Origin: Clostridium amylolyticum
GTDB lineage: Bacteria > Bacillota > Clostridia > Clostridiales > Clostridiaceae
Direction: 5' to 3'
DNA length: 32,000 nt
Assembly (NCBI RefSeq): GCF_900142075.1
Contig: NZ_FQZO01000002.1
Coordinates: 67,738 to 99,737 of the forward strand
Numbering within the stretch: the stretch's first letter is position 1; each line of letters opens with the position of its first letter. Under the pieces are notes generated by a model, which was given only the letters and a program-made list of their open reading frames with translations, was not told where the DNA came from and made no database searches. Shown piece after piece: positions 26,191-32,000 of the stretch. The translations under genes were made by a program, and so were the position numbers.

Positions 26191-28515
26191 TTACTTCTTT
26201 ATGGTTATAGAAGCAGCAGTATTGTCTCTTGATTGCTGGGTTATTTGAATTTTAAGACCTAACTTTGGAATGTTACGTCCAAGGCTTGGGATCTCAGCAT
26301 TTCCATAATCTCTGCTATCATCGAAATTAGGTTCATTAAATCTATTGGTATCTGATGCTGTTCTTCCATATTCAGCGCTTAGGTCAATAAGCATTTCAGA
26401 TTCCTTCATCTTACTAAAGGCTGCATCTCTCATTTGATATTTTCCGCTAGCTGCCATAGGTGCCTTAGTAGGGTCGTTCCATTTCCATAATATATTATTT
26501 TGGTCTGCATCTACTATTCCTAGGTAACCATCTCCTGGATGTAACCCTGTCCAGTTATCATTATAGTAATCATCTACATACCAGATTACCATTCCTGGCT
26601 CATAGGATATTAATTGTCCTAAAGTAGAAACATTAGCAAGACCCTTGTCCACACCGTGATGATTTCTCCATTCTACTAAATAATAATGTGGGGCATATAC
26701 TACTCCTGTATCGGCTTTAAAGCCATTAAAAGCAAATTTAGGAGTGTTTTCAGCATTATCGAAGAACACTTCTTTATCTCCAGATGAGACTTTAATATCA
26801 TCTACATATAGTCCAGAGCCAAAGCTGTAGCTATCTGTGGCATATTCAAATTTTAATTCTATCTTCTTACCTGTGAAAGCACTTAAATCGAAACTTGCAT
26901 CCACCCATCCCTGTGAAGTTCCAGTAATACCATGAGGAACTTGAACTATAGCCTCTGGGTCTCTTTCACTGGTAGTAATGTTTCCTTTTAAATAAGTCCA
27001 TTCATTATTTCCTTCAGATCTTACCTGTATGGAGGCAAAGTCCCAACCTTCTTCTATATCATACCAAGTCTTGAAACTTAGAGTGGCTGAATTGTAATTA
27101 GCAAGATCAATATTGGTAGTCATAGATGTTAAAATTGGTGTACCATCTTTTCCCTTTCCACCCCAATAAGCGTATTTACCGCTAAAAGGTTTTGTTATAG
27201 AATTTCCTTTATCAGGAAGACTTATTCTAACAACTTGTCCCTCTTCACTAGCTTGTCTTAAATCTATCCTAGCACCAGCTTTTGTAAGACTGTTATAATC
27301 CACTATTACTGATTTTTGCCAGTTACCACCATATACACCTTGGAAAAATTGTCTTGCAAAAGGACTAAAGCCTGTAGGCTCAGTTCCAGGTATTTTTCCT
27401 GCCCAGCTTCCAGAAGACATTATGGACCAATTAGAGATAGGCTCACCTGAAGCGCTGGTATAATCTGTATCATATTCATCAGGAAGTCCAAGATCATGTC
27501 CAAATTCGTGAGCAAACACCCCTGCCGCTCCATCTTCAGGTTCTATAGTATAATCATAAGCCATAAAATCAGTTCCAGGTATCTTGTAAAGGCCACCTAA
27601 ATTCCATCTATGAGACCATATAGCATCAGAACCTAAACTTCCACCGCCAGCTTCTTGTCCTACACCTGCATGTATGATCATTAAGTGATCTATTATTCCA
27701 TCTGGCTCATCATAGTTGCCATCACCATCTAAATCATATCTATCTTCTTTATCAAAGTCTGCTAAATTAATGTTTGGATCTTTAGCTGCTAATTGAAGGG
27801 TATGATCCACTAAATTTCTTGGTCTTGTATCATGGGATGACCCTACTTCTTCACCGTAATATTTTGCTGTGTTAGGAGCTGTATACCACCCTGCAATCTT
27901 TCCTTGTATAATTAGACTTCCACCAGATTGTTGCTCATAGTATTGCTTCATGGATATAAGATTTTCTCCCCCAGGTCCTTTGTAACCCTTTTCTCCAAAT
28001 ATCATATTTTCATAATGCTCTTTTGTATAATCTTTATAATACATGTCACTTTCCCCTGGTTGTATGCTATTATGCTTATAGTCTTTATAATCTACTAAAA
28101 GCACTAACACATTAACTTTCTTAGGATTAGTGTCTGGAGTACTTTTATCAAAAAGGTATTTTTGAACCTTTTGATTTTGTTTTCCCTTTAAATTCTTTTC
28201 CATTTTTGATAATGGTATTTTCTTATTTGATTGAGATGCTGTTTTCATGTAATTCATATAAATTTCTCTAGCTTTCTCATAGGAAGCGTCCTTAGGTATT
28301 TTGCCTTCTTTTTTAAGCATTTCTATAACCTTTTCCTCATTAGCTATACTTATGTCTACTGGTGAACTTATTATGCTTTCATCCATATAGGTGTATTCAA
28401 CTTGTCCATCATCTGCAATGCTATTATATCCTCTAGCAAGAACCTTCTGTCCATATCCCACTCCGGCACACATAGTTAATGCCACTACCAGAGCTGTTAG
28501 TTTCTTTGATCTCAT
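26191..28515 (-). CDS. Secreted immune-inhibitor-A-like zinc metalloprotease (peptidase M6, InhA family)
   Basis: Signal peptide (MRSKKLTALVVALTMCAGVG). HEFGHDLGLPDEYD zinc-binding motif. Size and C-terminal beta-rich domains are typical of InhA. Confidence 0.9.
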   Translation of the reverse strand: MRSKKLTALVVALTMCAGVGYGQKVLARGYNSIADDGQVEYTYMDESIISSPVDISIANEEKVIEMLKKEGKIPKDASYEKAREIYMNYMKTASQSNKKIPLSKMEKNLKGKQNQKVQKYLFDKSTPDTNPKKVNVLVLLVDYKDYKHNSIQPGESDMYYKDYTKEHYENMIFGEKGYKGPGGENLISMKQYYEQQSGGSLIIQGKIAGWYTAPNTAKYYGEEVGSSHDTRPRNLVDHTLQLAAKDPNINLADFDKEDRYDLDGDGNYDEPDGIIDHLMIIHAGVGQEAGGGSLGSDAIWSHRWNLGGLYKIPGTDFMAYDYTIEPEDGAAGVFAHEFGHDLGLPDEYDTDYTSASGEPISNWSIMSSGSWAGKIPGTEPTGFSPFARQFFQGVYGGNWQKSVIVDYNSLTKAGARIDLRQASEEGQVVRISLPDKGNSITKPFSGKYAYWGGKGKDGTPILTSMTTNIDLANYNSATLSFKTWYDIEEGWDFASIQVRSEGNNEWTYLKGNITTSERDPEAIVQVPHGITGTSQGWVDASFDLSAFTGKKIELKFEYATDSYSFGSGLYVDDIKVSSGDKEVFFDNAENTPKFAFNGFKADTGVVYAPHYYLVEWRNHHGVDKGLANVSTLGQLISYEPGMVIWYVDDYYNDNWTGLHPGDGYLGIVDADQNNILWKWNDPTKAPMAASGKYQMRDAAFSKMKESEMLIDLSAEYGRTASDTNRFNEPNFDDSRDYGNAEIPSLGRNIPKLGLKIQITQQSRDNTAASITIKK

Positions 28516-28644
28516 TACTACATCACCTCTCTTATATTTATAACCATTATATGGATTATTATAAACTTATATAAATTTATCCACAAGAAAATTCTTCCTC
28601 TATAAAACAACAATAATGTATAAAATTTACTTCTCTTTTCTTTA

Positions 28645-28679
28645 TAAAAATCAAGACTCTAATTCTAGAGTCTTGATCT
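28645..28679 (-). terminator. Terminator after the NSS transporter gene
   Basis: ATCAAGACTCTA / TAGAGTCTTGAT hairpin, with TTTTTAT following on the minus strand. Confidence 0.7.
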
Positions 28680-28691
28680 TTAGGGAGGATT

Positions 28692-30035
28692 CTATTTAAT
28701 TATACCTGTTGAAAACAACAGTATAAGAAAAATAGCAATAGGCGCTAGAATTTTTATAACAAATGTAAATAACTTCTTTAAGTTAAACTTAATAGCTCCT
28801 TCATTGGTTATTTCCACCATGGCATTATTTATTCCCCAAACATATCCTACAAATAATGTTACAAATATTCCTCCTAAGGGTAAGAATATATTAGAAGCTA
28901 GGAAATCTAAGGCATCAAATATATTTTTTCCAAATATAGTAACCTCCGCCCAAGGTCCAAAGGATAAGCTGCTGGGAATAGATAAAAGGAAAGTTCCAAA
29001 AGCTATAATTATAGTTGCAACCTTTCTATTTATCTTAAATTTCTCCGTAATAAAAGCTACGGATACCTCCAATAGCGAAATAGTGGAAGTTATTGCTGCT
29101 ATAGCCACCAAAGTAAAGAATAAGGTAGCAAAGAAGCTTCCAAAGGGCATGGAGTGAAAAACTGTAGGAAGTGTAATAAATATAAGTGCTGGACCTGAAT
29201 TAGGTTCTAAGCCATAGGCAAATACTGCAGGAAATATTACAATTCCTGATAAAATAGCTACTAATGTATCAGTAATTGCCACCTGTGCAGAAAGAGAAAT
29301 AAGATTTTCATCTTTTTTAATATAACTTCCGTAAGTAATTATAATTCCCATACCTAAACTTAGTGAATAGAAAGCTTGTCCTAAAGCTTCTAACACTGAT
29401 GTACCTGTAAGCTTTGAAAAATCTGGTTTAAATAAAAATTCTAACCCTTGTGAGCTTCCTTTTAATGTTACAGAACGAATCATAAGTACTACTAATATTA
29501 CAAATAGAGCTGGCATTAATATTTTACTGTACTTTTCAAGCCCGGATTGAACTCCTGCAATAACGATAGCAGCGGTAATAACTATCACCAAAAAAGTCCA
29601 AAACATAGGTGTATATACCCCTGAGGTTACTTGAGTAAAATAATTACCCAGCTCTCCAGTGCTTATATTAACCACCTTACCTGTGGCAGAACCTACAACA
29701 TAAGATAATACCCATCCTGCTATTATGGAATAAAAAGAAAGTATTATAAATGGTGTTATAACTGCTAATATACCTGCAAGATACCAAGGCCCCTTCCCCT
29801 GAAGTTTCTTGTAAGCATCTACAGCATTGGCCTGAGTCTTTCGCCCCAAAGAAAACTCAGCTATCATTACTGGAATTCCCATAAGTGCAACACATGCTAT
29901 GTAAAGTAGCAAAAATGCTCCGCCACCATTTTTACCTGTCACATAGGGAAACTTCCAAATATTTCCCAGTCCTACAGCAGATCCCGCCGCTGCAGCTAAT
30001 ACCCCAAACTTAGAACCGAAATTATCTCTTTTCAT
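28692..30035 (-). CDS. Sodium-dependent transporter, neurotransmitter:sodium symporter (SNF/NSS) family
   Basis: N-terminal AAAGSAVGLGNIWKFPY signature and about 11-12 TM segments. Confidence 0.9.
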   Translation of the reverse strand: MKRDNFGSKFGVLAAAAGSAVGLGNIWKFPYVTGKNGGGAFLLLYIACVALMGIPVMIAEFSLGRKTQANAVDAYKKLQGKGPWYLAGILAVITPFIILSFYSIIAGWVLSYVVGSATGKVVNISTGELGNYFTQVTSGVYTPMFWTFLVIVITAAIVIAGVQSGLEKYSKILMPALFVILVVLMIRSVTLKGSSQGLEFLFKPDFSKLTGTSVLEALGQAFYSLSLGMGIIITYGSYIKKDENLISLSAQVAITDTLVAILSGIVIFPAVFAYGLEPNSGPALIFITLPTVFHSMPFGSFFATLFFTLVAIAAITSTISLLEVSVAFITEKFKINRKVATIIIAFGTFLLSIPSSLSFGPWAEVTIFGKNIFDALDFLASNIFLPLGGIFVTLFVGYVWGINNAMVEITNEGAIKFNLKKLFTFVIKILAPIAIFLILLFSTGIIK

Positions 30036-30131
30036 ATTTTAAGCCCCCTTTTAGTAAATATTAAAATGTCTCTTCACCAACAAAAATAAGAAATAGCCCC
30101 TTTTTTAAATACAAAACCCCATTTTTTCTAA

Positions 30132-30172
30132 TAAAAACACCCCTAGGAATATATAACTTTCTTAGGGGTGTC
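30132..30172 (-). terminator. Intrinsic terminator-like hairpin inside the leader of the NSS transporter gene
   Basis: The minus strand reads ACACCCCTA-AGAAAGTTATATATTCC-TAGGGGTGT followed by TTTTTATT. It lies about 35 nt downstream of a predicted start site and about 95 nt upstream of the ATG. Confidence 0.55.
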
Positions 30173-30214
30173 TTTTCTTCACTCCATGATAGCTTATTTA
30201 TAATATTGTTTATA

Positions 30215-30243
30215 ATTTTATAAGCTTCATGGATTTTTGTCAA
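30215..30243 (-). promoter_or_regulatory. Promoter for the NSS transporter leader
   Basis: On the minus strand, TTGACA (30243-30238), a 17-nt spacer, then TAAAAT (30220-30215). Confidence 0.55.
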
Positions 30244-30361
30244 TGAATTATCAATATTTTTGACTATTTAATAATGAAAACGATAATCTATTATTATTCA
30301 ATTAAAATATGTTCCACTTCTAAGTTCTAAATTATTAAATCGCGAATCAAAGATTTACCAT

Positions 30362-31702
30362 TTATTTATTTATTTTCTTTATATCATTAAAAAACAGTAT
30401 TGCTGTTATTAATGCAGAAGTAAAATCGGATATTGGTCCTGCTAGCCAAATACCATTTAGTCCATATATCTTAGGTAATATTAGAAGTAAAGGAATTAAT
30501 AGTATTACCTGTCTTAACATGCTTAAAAACATGGATACTTTTGCTTTTCCAATAGATTGAAAGTAATTAGAGCTTATAATTTGAAATCCTATTACAGGAA
30601 GCATGGACAAATATATTCTTATACCATTTACTCCTACTTCTAATATTTCAGCATCTCTATTAAATAGCCCTATGGCTTGAGCCGGGAATATTTCTATAAC
30701 CAAGAAGCCTATTATCACAAACACTGTGGCTGCCACAATAGCATATTTTACAGTTTCCTTTACCCTATGATACTTTTTAGCTCCATAGTTAAAACCTATA
30801 ATCGGCTGACTGCCTTGGTTTATTCCAAATATAGGCATAAGGAATATCATGCTTATACTCATTATTATAGTCATAGCCCCAACAGCATAATCATTACCAT
30901 AGCTGGTGAGGGATTTGTTCATTATTATCTGAACCACGCTGGCTGCAATCTGCATACTAAAGGGAGATACTCCTATAGTAAAAATACTTAGAATAAGCTT
31001 TTTGTTAAGTTTAAAGTTTTCTTTCTTAAGCTTAAGCATACTATCTGGTCCTGTGAAGTATCTTAATATCCATATGGTAGTTGCTACCTGAGATATTACA
31101 GTGGCAATGGCTGCTCCTTTAACCCCCATATTAAAAACAAATATAAATATAGGATCCAGTATGGTGTTTAGTATAGCTCCAATAAGCATAGTCATCATGG
31201 CCATTTTAGGGTTACCATCTGCCCTTATAGAATGGTTTAGACCAAAGCTCACCATACTAAATATTGTTCCATAAAATATTACTGTCATATACTCTTTAGC
31301 ATAAACTAAAGTATTAGGGCTTGCACCAAAAGAACTTAATATCTTATCTTGAAAGATAATTCCTAATATTGAAAGAGTAATACTTATAATTACAAGAAGT
31401 ACAAAAGCATTACCTAAAATCTTTTCAGCTTCCTCCTTCTTATGTTGTCCAAGCCTTATGGATATGGTTGCTGAGGTTCCTATACCCACCAACATTCCAA
31501 AGGCCATAATTATAGTAGTAATAGGAAGTGTCATCCCTACACCTGTAATGGCAAGTTTACCTATATCCTTTATATTTCCTATATAAATTCTATCTACTAT
31601 GTTATAAAGTGCGTTAACCAACATTCCTACAATGGCTGGCATGGAAAACTGAAATAATAAACTACTTATCTTTTCTTCTCCCAATCTGTTATGTCTATCC
31701 AT
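30362..31702 (-). CDS. MATE-family multidrug/toxic-compound efflux transporter
   Basis: 446 aa with 12 TM segments. The N-terminal PAIVGMLVNALYNIVDRIYIG pattern is typical of MATE (NorM/DinF-like). Confidence 0.9.
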   Translation of the reverse strand: MDRHNRLGEEKISSLLFQFSMPAIVGMLVNALYNIVDRIYIGNIKDIGKLAITGVGMTLPITTIIMAFGMLVGIGTSATISIRLGQHKKEEAEKILGNAFVLLVIISITLSILGIIFQDKILSSFGASPNTLVYAKEYMTVIFYGTIFSMVSFGLNHSIRADGNPKMAMMTMLIGAILNTILDPIFIFVFNMGVKGAAIATVISQVATTIWILRYFTGPDSMLKLKKENFKLNKKLILSIFTIGVSPFSMQIAASVVQIIMNKSLTSYGNDYAVGAMTIIMSISMIFLMPIFGINQGSQPIIGFNYGAKKYHRVKETVKYAIVAATVFVIIGFLVIEIFPAQAIGLFNRDAEILEVGVNGIRIYLSMLPVIGFQIISSNYFQSIGKAKVSMFLSMLRQVILLIPLLLILPKIYGLNGIWLAGPISDFTSALITAILFFNDIKKINK

Positions 31703-32000
31703 GAAAATCCTCCTGTATATTTAATAAAATTAGCTTTTTTAATAATGTTTTTAATGTTTGTATTTCTTCTGGTTTTAATTCATTGATTAAATTATCATTC
31801 CAGCCCCGTAGTATAGAAAAAAACTCTTCTTTAATAGACATGCCCTTAGGAGTTATAAAAACCCTATAGGCTCTTCTATCTTTTTCATCTTGTACACGGC
31901 TAATATAGCCTTCATCCTCAAGTTTTTTTAATGCCTTGGCAGTGGTGCCTTTATCTATACTGAGATAATTACTTAACTCCTCTTGATTTATCCCCTCATG
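31695..32000 (-). CDS. MarR-family transcriptional regulator, partial (N-terminus beyond the window)
   Basis: My reverse translation reads HEGINQEELSNYLSIDKGTTAKALKKLEDEGYISRVQDEKDRRAYRVFITPKGM..., a winged-HTH MarR core. Its stop TAG (31697-31695) overlaps the MATE start within ATGGATAG. Not in the supplied ORF track. Confidence 0.85.
   Translation of the reverse strand, partial: HEGINQEELSNYLSIDKGTTAKALKKLEDEGYISRVQDEKDRRAYRVFITPKGMSIKEEFFSILRGWNDNLINELKPEEIQTLKTLLKKLILLNIQEDFHG

Noticed and set aside
30061-30243. A 60-aa minus-strand ORF in the NSS transporter leader.
   Set aside because: Its start codon is the TTG of the TTGACA -35 box, there is no RBS, and it reads straight through the terminator hairpin. 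It is better explained as non-coding leader.

Overview
This is a visibly AT-rich, Clostridium-like (Firmicutes) chromosomal window, mostly core genes on the minus strand. Left to right: a partial HAD hydrolase, rsmA/ksgA, rnmV, a YabE-like G5/3D cell-wall protein, tatD, a cold-shock protein and a DUF445 membrane protein. Then come a Crp/Fnr regulator, metG with a Met T-box leader, a DUF92 plus polyprenol/phytol-kinase-like pair, mscL, a CorA-type channel and a 1086-aa SWIM-SNF2 helicase. These are followed by a zinc-ribbon membrane protein, Xaa-Pro aminopeptidase, an ACT protein and a threonine catabolism module (kbl, SDR-type tdh, divergent SstT-like transporter). The window ends with spmA/spmB, an InhA-like M6 metalloprotease, an NSS transporter and a marR-MATE pair. 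I saw no rRNA, tRNA, CRISPR array, transposase or recognisable defence operon. The least ordinary signal is non-coding: a ~150-nt two-hairpin element in three good copies and one decayed copy within 12.5 kb, with compensatory base changes between copies. One copy forms essentially the whole 5' UTR of mscL. Two inverted copies bracket a 67-aa glycine-zipper membrane-protein gene. I could not match it from memory to any riboswitch or RNA family, so it may be a new cis-regulatory or small RNA, or a structured MITE-like repeat. Secondary observations are a heptanucleotide tandem repeat next to the mscL promoter, a VTE5-like/VTE6-like kinase pair, and a promoter-plus-terminator leader ahead of the NSS transporter. 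All calls come from reading the sequence and ORF translations by eye; no searches were run.
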